A DNA stretch of 64,000 bases from Marsupella aquatica. Its lineage: Eukaryota; Plantae; Marchantiophyta. The notes under the pieces are model-generated. The model did not search any database. It saw only the letters and a program-made list of their open reading frames with translations, and was not told the origin of the DNA. Shown one piece after another: positions 50,754 through 62,212 of the stretch (within the stretch, counting starts at the first letter, position 1; every line of letters begins with the position of its first letter). Both the position numbers and the translations under genes were made by a program. The stretch is taken from the NCBI GenBank assembly GCA_973895155.1, contig OZ316898.1, positions 11,927,187 through 11,991,186 on the forward strand, written 5' to 3'.

Positions 50754-53283
50754 TTTATATATTTGTACTGCATTAAAGGAGGCTTCCAATGAATTGGAAG
50801 CTGTGTAGGCCATATCAGTAGAAGGCTCAGCCACAACAGAGATGGAGGAGTAAATTTTGAAAAGCGTTGTTGAGTTTGCCGATGTGGGTTTTTGTACCGC
50901 ATTGCGAGATTAACAACCAGGAAACTGGGTACAAAAAAACTGTACAGGGTAAATATCTGTGAGAGAAAAGGTGTACAAGATAGAGCAAACACTTAAATTA
51001 GCCAGACATTCGAGGGCTCTAAAGTACGTGTCGAGAAATGTAGAGCGGAAAATTTCTATTCAGGATGCTTGAAGCTATGGTTCGGTCCCTTATGTATGGT
51101 AATTTACCTTCAAAGACAAATTGCCTTCGGGCATTTTTTCCTACTGTTGCTGTCCACTACCTAGCATTGGTCATTTGTCACATTGGATACTATCTAATTC
51201 TCCTCAGAAAGCTTCCTTCACTGCCAGATTGGATACCACCTAGTCCTCTAAAAAACGCTGCCTTCATTGCCAGGAGCGTCCTGATCAGGAGAATATGGGC
51301 AATGTGGTCAGCCTTGAATATGGTAAATCTCAGACCGGAAAAGGACGGGGTAATATTGTAGTCGATAAGAAGTCCCCACTTCTCGGAGTCATGCTAGCTT
51401 GAATTACGTGTGGAAACCGCTCATGGTTAGAGAGCCTAACAGAGGTTTTCCCTCACTGTCTTCTCATTAAGCCACCCACCCAGTCACCGCAGCATCTGCA
51501 GTCTACAAAACATTCTTCTTTGATATTAAACATACCATATGCTCTCTTGGTTGGCCAATTTTCCCCAAAACTAAACGTCAAACTACTGCGAATGATGCAG
51601 AGAAACCTAGAGATCACCATTCACCAAAATCTGCATTGGACTTGAAGACTGGCAATTTTTCATAAATTTATCCAATGTCGTTAGATCAAAACATGCAATT
51701 GTTAATAGATTAATTCAATCCTGGTAGATCAAAACATTAACCACAATCTGTCGATCAGTTGCATTTGGAATATCTGACCATTATTTATTAAAATTATGTA
51801 AAGTCTTACATCAAACAGCCACCAAATCGGTGGAGGGTATGTGTGTATGTAGGTGGGGTGTCGTGATGGGGTTACCAGGTTTCCTTTCAACCCCTGGTTA
51901 GCTCATTTGGGATCTGAGTTAATCTCTCTCTCTCTCTCTCTTGGTTTGAGTCCCTGTTGGATCTCTAGGTAGCTCAGACTTTCATCATCGTGTCTATCTT
52001 TTGTTGTTTATTTTAGATTTCAAGGGGCACCAAAAAAGTTGCAAAAATCTATCTTTAGTTGAACGTAGATTATGACGATGGAATTCCGATCGATAAAATT
52101 ATGAATATTTATAGATGACTTATCTCACATATTTCCTCCTACCGTAGTCCTAGCCTTTGAGGTATTTGCCAGTTCAATTATCGGAAAAAATTCACTGCCT
52201 TAAGCCACGTACCTCTCCAGGTCCAGTACACACGGGCTCCTTGAGCACGTTCACAGCACTCATAGATATCTTGCTACGTGGCCTTATCTTGGGGGGTGGA
52301 AGCTCACGTGTCGCACGTATGGACGTTTGCAGATGCAGCAGGTTTGGAGCACTGTATCATGCGGAAGATAGTTTGCTGAGGGGGACTAGGATACATTTTG
52401 CAGAATGCAGACCCGTAGGAAAGCTCTTTAAACCTGTCATTATGGGACTTGACATGAGAGTTGGATTAGATCAGATAATATTATTGCTTTTCGTGATAGA
52501 CTAGCTTTCGTGATTCGACTCAGTAAATTTTTTCGGAAGAAGAATGCTCAACATCAATTCGTTATGAACATTCTCCTTCACCTTTCTTCAACTTACTATA
52601 ATAATGATAATAATCTCTTAGACCTCTGACTCTGTTAAGGTTATGTTCTCAAAGCACTCTGGGAAAATAATAGCCCTTCCAAGCTTGAGCTAAAGTTCTT
52701 GTTTATAGGGGCATTATAACCCACAATGGTATGTAACCAGGACTTTACTATATACAATGGGCATCCAAAATGCTAGGTTTGTCATTCTGGGTTTTGGGCT
52801 GGGTTTTGGGGTTTGAAGAATAGAGAAACCAGCATAACCAAAAAAATGTGATTATCAATCGTGGGAATACTAGCTATAGAACTTACACTCACAAAGACAA
52901 AAATTTGCAGGCTATCCAATACTGACATCAAATACATATTTTCTGTATATTACCAAGAACAAAAAGAGACTAACAAGCGAAAAGATTTAAATGCATTCTG
53001 GCCCAATGGGCTTGTGTTTCTTTGTGCTCCTGGTCTTTGCCATAGTTTCCCTTGGACTCAAATTATAACACTGTCTTACGAAAAACAATAAAATAAAATA
53101 GTTAAAGGCAATAGATCCACTAAAGGACCTTGACAAAAGCAACAGTACCTGAGCATCGATGCTTGGGTTTACTAAAGAATACACCTTTCACAACTTCCAA
53201 TGACACGCCCTAAACAAGCAGCTTTTCAACTGGCAACAAGTCTTGGGCTAGGGAAAACTTATATTTAAAGAACAAAGGGTGCC

Positions 53284-53486
53284 CAATAATACAAGAAAAA
53301 AACTTAACAGGACCGTCCCCTCTAAGATGTCCTGGACTGGGTCCTGTGTGACAAAAAGACTTAACAGGACCCCTGTGCCTACCTATTTTGCTGAGATCTT
53401 GATGGCATTTTACTCACAAGAGTCTGGAGTCTGGTATGAGTCCAGGAGATGCCAGAGGGGTCCTCTTAAGTCCTTGTTTGTTATTG
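53284..53486. mobile_element. Possible MITE (~200 bp) with imperfect TIRs
   Basis: caataa...acttaacaggacc versus ggtcctcttaagt...ttattg, plus an internal copy of acttaacaggacc. No clean TSD. Confidence 0.4.
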
Positions 53487-56400
53487 TTCCACCCAATAAT
53501 ATGAAGGTCATCGTGGTGGAACCGAGAGCAGAAATGGGAAGAAGCCACGGGCTAAACAAGGTCATCCAGCTCAAGTCTAACTACCTGATGTATTTCAACC
53601 TTCGATACCAGAAAACTTGGCAGTAAAACCGAGGGGCAGGGGAAGCTGCCCCGTGATCTACGGTATACTGTACCCAAACAAAGGGTTTGGATACAGTATA
53701 TCCCAAAATTTATACTTGCATTAAGAGCATGAAGATTCTTCAGAAATGACAAAACGTTTTGGATGCGACAGAAACAAGTGCAATTTCTCCCTTGCAGCTG
53801 CAATGGATTGTTTGATAAGTGCAATTGCATTTGTTTCCCATCCCCCGTTTGCAGCTAGTGAGGGTTTTGAAAACAAGATAGTCATGTGTGTGCAGTGCTG
53901 GACACGTAGTTGTTGATAAATCTTATGTCAGTTTTGAATTGCACTTGCCAAATTAGTTCAAATTTCAATAAGCTATCCATTGATACAGACTATTTGTGCA
54001 AGTGACAGTCGGGAGAGCAGTCATTTTTATTCCAAACTACAGAAGGATTGCAAAGCACCCCAACCTAAATTTTTCATCGAAGCTGCCCACAGAAAGCTTC
54101 GACAGCATTGAATTTCACGAAATGCCTCTGCACGAAACGCTGATAAATTATGTGCCCAGTGAAACCCTCTCCGCGAACTTTGGCTGGACAACGAGCGCAA
54201 CCTGTGCAAGTGAGAGAACCTGATCGAGTGCCAGAGCCCCAAAGATTTTGCTGATTCTGACGCAGGAAATTAACTGGATTTGCAATTACTGCCAGGCGGC
54301 CCAATTGAAGCAGCAAGGATGGACCCTCATTGTCATTAATTTGTGTACGTGGAGCTAGATTTCTGGCGTATGAGAGACAGAGTGTGCTGTCAGGTGGCCC
54401 AAAGCAGTGAGTTGCAAACATTTGGCTAGTGTTAAAGCAGACAGCAGCGATTGAACGACAGCCCATTCTCCCATAGACCTGATTAGGATCAGCCACAATT
54501 GAAGTAGAACCACTGTCTCATTGAGCCGCAGCCTTCCACATCTCACTCTTATCAACCTGCCAGCGTGGGAGTACGTAAAGTGACTGTGTGAAACATTACA
54601 GTGCCACTTGCTCGAAGTCAATGTGATTATGTTGAGATCTATGTCTTTATTAGTATGTCGAGATTTGGATATAGTCGTGTAGAAATCATTACAAGACTAT
54701 TGTGCCTTGCCCTTGAAATCACTTCAATTGGATTTGAAGGTCACGTACCACTGGCACTACATAATATTGACATCATTCGACCGAGCATGCATTTAGAGAG
54801 TTTAAGTGTTTTCTGGCATTGCCATCACGCTGGAGAAGCTTGGAATAAGTCAGAATAGAACCCATTCATTGGAGAACCTCAATTCCGTCCTGACTTAAGC
54901 AGCCAATTGAAAAGCCTGGAAAATAGCTCAGCTGCAAAATCTGTTGCCGAGTAGCCTGAGCGTAGGAGACCCAACAAAGGAGAGAAAACAAAGAGGAAAA
55001 CCAGGCATTGCGAAAAAGCCAGAGAATGCCAACAACGACAAAAAGAACTAAATCTCTACTCAACAACAAACCGAGAATCCTAGAAACTAGCTCAAGTGCA
55101 AAATCACCGACAGCTCTTCTGGGAGGTTCTTAGTGAGCACACTGTCTGAGACAGAAGTAGCAAATGACTACCCCTTTTATCTCCGATATCACTACTGTAG
55201 CTAAGCTATATTTCACACAGTATAGAGAATTATAGGACATGTATGTATATGAAACCGTTCAATGAGTCTTTTGAAAATTGAGGACTGTGTTCGATCAGAA
55301 TGAACGATTTTCCTGAGACTAGCATTGTCATCAGTCGACATCTAAAGGTAACGCCAGATCAATTTTACAAATCTGTCCAACAAGACTGTCCTCGTCCCAA
55401 ATAACGGTGGGCGGCGTATAAAACTATAGCTTTAAAATTTCGGCCAGAGCCACTTTTGTCATTAACAGACCATTTTGTCAACGAAAAAAGCAGTGCAACT
55501 TTCTTGACAATTCACGTCGGTCAGGGTCCTTTCGAATCGTTCATGGCACAGTCGATCGAAGGCAGTTGGAAAGCTGGAGTTCGGTACTTCGGTGGATGTC
55601 CGACCGTGGACGATAGATTCCCATGCCACCATGGTCGGTCGGTGAAGAGCAGGATTGACAGAGTCACAGAGGGCAAACTTTGACAACACATCGCTGCGAG
55701 CAATAATGGTGATGCAGCCACAAGATTATAGACCAAGTCGAAAGCAGTTTCGGTCAATGAAGCGGCTCGAATTTCTTCGAGCACTTGCAGCATCATCGAT
55801 CCCAACAACATAATAATGACCTGTCTGACATTTTCTCCCTCAAGTCCACTGCACTGTAAGGGTATCTCCTACACCACTGTAGTGGGTTCGGTTACTGTAA
55901 CCGGGTGTTCCATGAAAGACTTGATGGCCCCCCCCCACGGAAAGGCCCCTTCTTTTGAATGGGAATTGTTGGCCCCGGTCCCATGCAGCACGTTTCCCAA
56001 TTGTGAACCTGTCTCCCTTTCTGGCGTTCTTTGTTCATTTGCAGTTTGATATATAAGTGTGAACCCTACCATTATATCTCTAAAATTGATGAAATGGGAG
56101 CTGATCCAAAAACTAATTGCAAAACGGATTAGACTAAATCACTATATTCATTAAAAGTGGAATTATAAAGAAGATTTGGAAATTTGGGCATTTAAAAACA
56201 CACTTTTAGGCATAAGAATTGTAAATTTGAAGGATGAAAAATGAAAATTTAAGCATCATGAATTATAAATTTGGGGCAAAAAAATAGACATTTGGGCAAA
56301 GAAAATATTAATTTGGATAATATTAAAAAACATTTGGGTGATAAAAAGTGTTCATTTGGTTGAAAATAGATAGAACGTGTGTAATAACACATAAGCTTGG

Positions 56401-56722
56401 ATAGCATCTATACTCAAAACATCTAGCTTGGATAGGATCATTATCTAAGCAACAATGAAATGCTAGACAAGTTAAATATCTTATATTCAAACTAGGATGA
56501 CATCCAAGTAACTTAGAACTGCCATCATTTTCTAGAAATATATGTACTAAGACAAAAATAACAATAATTATCAAAAAGTCCATTCAATAACTAAGAGAGA
56601 TCATAGAGTATTTGATTGCAAGCCTTGTTCTCTCACTTACTTTAGACAAATGCATGAAAATTAACTTGACCCTCCTACCTACAAGTCATTACATAGTGGA
56701 CACTTGTGACCACTCTATCACT

Positions 56723-59487
56723 CTACTCATCAATACCTTCCATGTAAGTTTTGAGAGTTTTCAAAACATTCTTGGGAATTGTCAAACCTCTATCCATAAT
56801 ATTTTGTTCTTTGGCACCTGACTTAAACCCATACATTGCAGAATTTGCAAACTGCCAACTTTGAGTGATAGTGTTAAACCCAGGATCTAGCTCCCAAGTC
56901 TTAGTGGTCTGAAAGCAACGTTCGTATCGAACATCATCCTTTGCATCATGCTTACCATGTTTAGGCCTCCACCATTGCACTTGGAACATAGGAGCATACC
57001 GCTTAGGAATGCTACTTAGGTGAATGCTCTTAGAAAACCTTGAAGAAGACCCTTCACTAAATTGCAAATCTAGTGAAGAAACCTCATGGTTTGGATCCAC
57101 ACCACCCAAAGCTCGAACTAACCAGAAATGCCCTTTGCCATTTTTTTGCTCCCATTCATCCTCTGGACGTAAAAACACAAAGTGACCCTCTTGAATATCT
57201 TGTAGGGGAATCCAACGTGCAAGTTCTCGCTCTTCTCGTGCACCAATGAAGGGTGCAGCTTGACCTTCCATCTCTTCCATGTACTCATTTTGAAGGTCCA
57301 TCATCTCTGAATTTTGAGTAGGTTCACTTGAAGGTTGAGAGGTCCCCAAAATCACCTTGTAACCTGTGCCATGGTTAGTCTTTGGCCAGGAATCAGTTGT
57401 CAATGACAATTGTCTTTCTCCCTCCCCTTCTATTGTAAGTGCCTCAGAGAGTGCCATAACAAGCCTCTCCCAATATTTCACCAAAGGAAATCTCTTGCGG
57501 TATGCTGCAGAGGTCTCATCCTTGCAACTTTTCCTCAAGAAATCAATGTAACGATTAAGGAATGGGATGATTTCCTTGGCTTTCTTTTGTACCTCCCCCG
57601 ATATAGGTTTTGCAAATGGTTGGCCCTCCGGTAAAATGAGCGTGTTTGTGATGAGATCAGTTCTCCAAATTGACCTCCCTGTTGCTGGAAGCCAAGGTTG
57701 TTTGACATGTGCTTTATATTGATACACTGGCACATTATCCCTCATGGAGAATAGAAATGACACTGGTTTTGAGTGACCTTCAATCTCTTTCACTTGGAAA
57801 GCCTTCAAATAGTGCTTGTAAGATGCAACCTCCTGAATCAATCGTGGTACGGGATGGATGCTTTCACACTCCCAAACCTCAGCCATCAACGCAAGGAGGG
57901 TAGCAACCTCTTTGTACCTGACCTGTTTGGATACTTGAGAAAATAGTGCATCCACATCCTCATGGGTGTGGCCAACCATGAGGAATGACATTTGCACAGT
58001 TTCAAACACCCCCTGCTAACAAGCTCGCTACAAAATGCCATCACATATTGATTTTTATTATCTTTTCCTGAATTGTCCATCTACAGTGTTAGGTGCCTTG
58101 GTAAGGGCTTGAAAGAGCTCGTAGTCTCAGGATCAACTCTAGAACCAGCATCTGTTGTGCTGGTTTTTTGGCTCTCCTGACCGTCATCAAGGCCTTGAAA
58201 CTTGAGAATTGAAACATTTTTGGGTTCCAAGTAACCCGCTTGAAATGCTTCAAAGTCCAAAAGAGACTGAAATATTGGCCTAGTTGCGTTCCAATTGAAA
58301 GCTTCAAGCATGTCTCCTGTTTTGTCTCCAGTGTAATCTTCCAAATCTCGAAGGCATTTGGCCAAAGATGTCACAGTGAAGTCTGCATCTCCAGGCCAAA
58401 GGCCAGTCAAACTAAAGTGTGCATACACTCCTGGATCCCTTCCATGGGTTAACATCCCAGTAAGGGCAATGGGCAGAGGTTGACCACTACCAGAGAGAGA
58501 TTTTGGAGTGGGGACCAATCTGGGGATCCAAGTCTTGGCTTGGTCCATCTTATCATGAATAATGCAAAGATAGTTTTGAGGATCCTTCTTTGCAAGAACC
58601 CTATGAGCATAGTAAACATATCTCCTTGACATTTGTTCACGAAGATGTCGTGCTCTTTTCTCTTCAATCTCTGCACGCTCTTTTTTTCTCTTCTCCCGCA
58701 TCAATTGATCTTTGAACTCAGTGCAAAATGTGCACTTGGCAAATGCACTGCCCTTGTGAAAGTCAAAATTATCAAAAGAATTTTTCCAGATGTTGTACAT
58801 GGTAACTTCAGTAACCTTAGCATAGCCGTCCAATTCCATCTTTGCAAATACCTCTTGAAAAATCTCCTTCTTAGTGAAACATGATGGGAGTCGATATTCG
58901 ACAGTATCGGTGTCGTTGGACCCACCATAGGGAAGATGTGGCATTGGTTCTCCATTTTGGATTAAAATGGACTCCAACAATGCACGAGCATGCAAGGTGC
59001 TTGATCGTGTCTTATGTTGCCCTTGATTTCCATGGAAACCAATTGTGCACCCAGCTTCGTACTGATTTTTGTAATCATAATACTTTGCCATACTAAACCC
59101 ATGCATTTTTATGAACGCATCCTTACAAACCACACATCCCTTTAGAACAAAAAATCCTTTTCTCTTGACTTGGTCTTCTCTACACCCAAAAAGATTGAAG
59201 ATATGACTTGTTTTGTTGTCACTTGACATTCCATGGAATTCCCTCCTCATTGCCTCCAAGTCCTCTCTTGGCATGTTCAAGCAACACTTTAACCTGCAAC
59301 AACCTTCTCTTTGGATGGAATCAATGGACTCCTCGGTGATTTTCAAAAGCGCCCTTGATTGCAAATGTTTTTTTTTCTCCTCCAGATCCACTTTGGTCCT
59401 TCTAATGAAATTATAAGGTCTTTTTGGAGGTTTCCCATCACCATCCAAATCCGGGTCGCTCTCATTTCGACCCGATTCTATCCACAC
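56723..59487 (-). pseudogene. DDD-type transposase, Sola-like (DUF7869-type motifs), with a nonsense codon and a frameshift
   Basis: Three ORFs join: CCRLKC...VCKDAF...FAKCTFC...IHDKMDQAK...L*MDNSGKDNKNQY (TAG at 58081), a frameshift at ~58010, then FLMVGHTHEDVDALFS. The superfamily call rests on motif recall. Confidence 0.75.
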
Positions 59488-60455
59488 ATGTGAACCTTCT
59501 CAAGGATATCCCCGAGAAACATTTGAGATGAAATCAACAACAAAGATTTGAGTTCCCACCTCACCAAACCTGGAGTACCAGCACGGATATTTGGAAATAA
59601 TGCGGGATCGTTGATATTCACAACAGCTACACCCACATGCTCTGGACCAAGAAGTTCATCATCAACAGCACCTGCTTCAAAAGGAACTGTGATAACCCCT
59701 GTCGCAACCTTACGACAACGAGAAACATCATACAAGTCAACTTCCTCTGCCATCCAGTTGGAACACATTGTAAAATCTTTCAATGGAAGATCCTTAAACA
59801 GGTTTGCACCTGGGTTTGCACCAACAAACATGCCAGAACCTCGAATAGAGCCTTTTCTTGAAACATCAGCAACATCCCACATTACCCAAGTCTGCATTGC
59901 CTCTTGCACTGTGTCAGCTCCAGGATGCGGATACGGTAATTTTCTATTTCCCTGAACAACCTCTGATATTTGTATACTGACACGGCCAACACCGAGTCGT
60001 TCACTATGACAAATGTCCATTGGATTGGTATTGAAGACAACTCCTTTTGATACAAGTTCATCTAAAATGAACATCTCAACCTCCTCTCCTTCAGCAAGGT
60101 TGCCTCCTTTACCACCAACGTCCATTTCGGAACATCCTTCATCCCCGTCCACTGGAGTAGGAACACCATCCACAGCGGTTCTTTTCGGCAATGTTGAAGA
60201 CCTCAAATATGCCAAGGAAGAATCCCAGATCACACACGAGTCAACTGCATCACCTAGGCTTGATGATGTTTTGGATGGAAATGGTAGTGGACAAGATGTT
60301 TCAAGACACCTCTCGATAAGGACCCCAATTTGATTTTTCCCAAGACAAATATTGTGTATAGTGTCTTTGGGATCAACCTTTTGGATGGTCCCAATTGCCA
60401 CTTCAAAACCATCAATTATCAATGAAACTTCATCCCCTCGCATAAATTTACTCAT
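59478..60455 (-). CDS. Transposon ORF with three tandem Tnp1/En/Spm-like domains (possibly the frameshifted N-terminus of the transposase)
   Basis: Three repeats of V(A/S)xG...LG...(I/V)(G/S)x...(LPxP)...VxW: VAIGTI..LGKNQIGV..LPFP..VIWD; VSKGVV..LGVGRVSI..LPYP..VMWD; VATGVI..LGPEHVGV..VRWE. Confidence 0.65.
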   Translation of the reverse strand: MSKFMRGDEVSLIIDGFEVAIGTIQKVDPKDTIHNICLGKNQIGVLIERCLETSCPLPFPSKTSSSLGDAVDSCVIWDSSLAYLRSSTLPKRTAVDGVPTPVDGDEGCSEMDVGGKGGNLAEGEEVEMFILDELVSKGVVFNTNPMDICHSERLGVGRVSIQISEVVQGNRKLPYPHPGADTVQEAMQTWVMWDVADVSRKGSIRGSGMFVGANPGANLFKDLPLKDFTMCSNWMAEEVDLYDVSRCRKVATGVITVPFEAGAVDDELLGPEHVGVAVVNINDPALFPNIRAGTPGLVRWELKSLLLISSQMFLGDILEKVHMCG

Positions 60456-60630
60456 GGTAGCAAAAGGATCTCTGCATCCAAAAACATTTAAAAATTGTTC
60501 AGCTGATGTGCATACTGATAAGCACTACTCTAGATATTACAATTTTAGATCTAAACATTTGAATTCTATTTAAAGGAAAAAAATATTTGGGAGTTTACGT
60601 GTATTGGCTTTACACAACAGGATTCTAAGG

Positions 60631-61070
60631 TCAGGGACGCTCTTGGAGCGAGGCAAGGTTGCGACGCTCTAGGGGCGAGGCGATTGAGGGACGCTCTAGG
60701 GACGAGGCGATGGAGGGTCGCTCTAGGGGCGAGGTGATGGAGGGTCGCTCTAGGGGCAAGGCGATGGAGGGTCGCTCTAGAGGTGAGGCGATGGAGGGAC
60801 GCTCTAGGGGCGAGGTGAATGAGGGTCGCTCTAGGGGCGAGGCGATGGAGAGACGCTCTAGGGGCAAGGTGAATGAGGGTCGCTCTAGGGGCTAGGCGAT
60901 GGAGGGTCGCTCTAGGGGCAAGGCGGTTGAGGGACGCTCTGATGGCGAGGCAATGGAGAGCGGATGCCCTTGGAGAAAAGAAAGGGCAGGATGCTCCTGA
61001 TGAAAGGTAAGTGTATGACGCTCTTGGAGCGAGGCAAGGGCATGACGCTCTTGGAGCGAGGCAAGGGGAG
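60631..61070. repeat. 30-bp tandem repeat containing the near-palindrome (T/A)CGCTCTAGGGGCGA
   Basis: About 13 units of ggagggtcgctctaggggcgaggcgat, upstream of the minus-strand transposon genes. Confidence 0.92.
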
Positions 61071-62212
61071 AGCAAGAAAAGACGAGCACAATCCTGGAGA
61101 AGCAAGAATTGTGAAGGAAAAGAGAAAATATGGAAATGAATAAATCAGGGGAATGATTAAGCTGAATTAGACCATTGAAGTGTGTAGACGTGTGGGTAGA
61201 CGAGTGTGTCGTTAGGAACCCTACATTATCTAGGGCTTAGTTAGGTCCATATATTAAGATAAAGCTAGGGCCAAATATTTGGTGGATATCATAGAGAAGA
61301 AATTAAGAGAATGGTAGATGAAGTAATACCTCTCTTAAGGACTATAGAAGACGTGTCGCCAACCAAGGACACCAAAACTAATGCAATGTACTTGAAACAG
61401 GACTTTCCTTGCACGAACTCTTGTAACCATAAATGTCCAAGTCAGTCGAATCAGTCACCGAACAGAAGCAAGATAGACAAGGGCCGAAGGGCGAGACCGA
61501 GAGTGAGCAATGACCAGAAACGCACGCGCCATACAAAAGAGAGAAATGATTGGAACTGTAGAGCTTTATACCATTTGTGAGCAAGCTTTAGCCAAGTTTG
61601 TCCTGAAGGGGTTCACAACATTGAGAGGCCGAAAGTCTGATTACTCTGATCGGCATTCTGTGGACACCCGTACGACCGTGCATCATTTTTCAAAATCTAT
61701 GGATACCCGTACAACTAGGTCATTATAAGGGTTGCGAGTTCACAGGCGTGTGGAAGGGAGCAAGTGGCTGGGTTGCGTAAGGTCGCGTACGATCGGCCGT
61801 GGCTGGGGTCGCAGGTAGGATCGGCCGTGGCAGTGAGGGTATAGGAAGGCAAAAGGCAAAGACATTACCTCATTTGCCTCATTGTCTTCTTGCATCCATC
61901 TCCTCCTTCATTGTCTTCTTGCCCGGCTGCCCTGGTTTCCCTCCTCCCTCTTGCCTCGCTCTGTTGATTTTGCCTTGCTCATAGTAGATTTTTTTCCTTG
62001 CTCTAGCTGTAGCCTCGCTCGGTGGTGTGGTCTAGCTATAGGCGTTCTTGTATACTAGGCTGCCACGTGTCATCTAAACGTTTGTGAGGCATTTTTCAAT
62101 GACCACTTCCTCTAGTTCTGATGATTCTACTAGCACTTCTAGTTCTGGGTAGTCCCTGAACTTTGATTCTAGTAAAATCTTTGAGTATGATTCTCAAGAC
62201 ACTTTACTAAAG

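Noticed and set aside
53990-55850. Several 70-140-aa ORFs
   Set aside because: No recognisable motifs or consistent exon chain.
55895-55940. CCGGGTGTTCCATG as the left TIR of the large transposon
   Set aside because: The partner end is outside the window, so TIR and TSD cannot be verified.
60566-61105. LAPRA-repeat ORF of 179 aa
   Set aside because: Translation of the 30-bp repeat; splicing at the plausible donor (60598) does not join it in frame to the downstream ORF.
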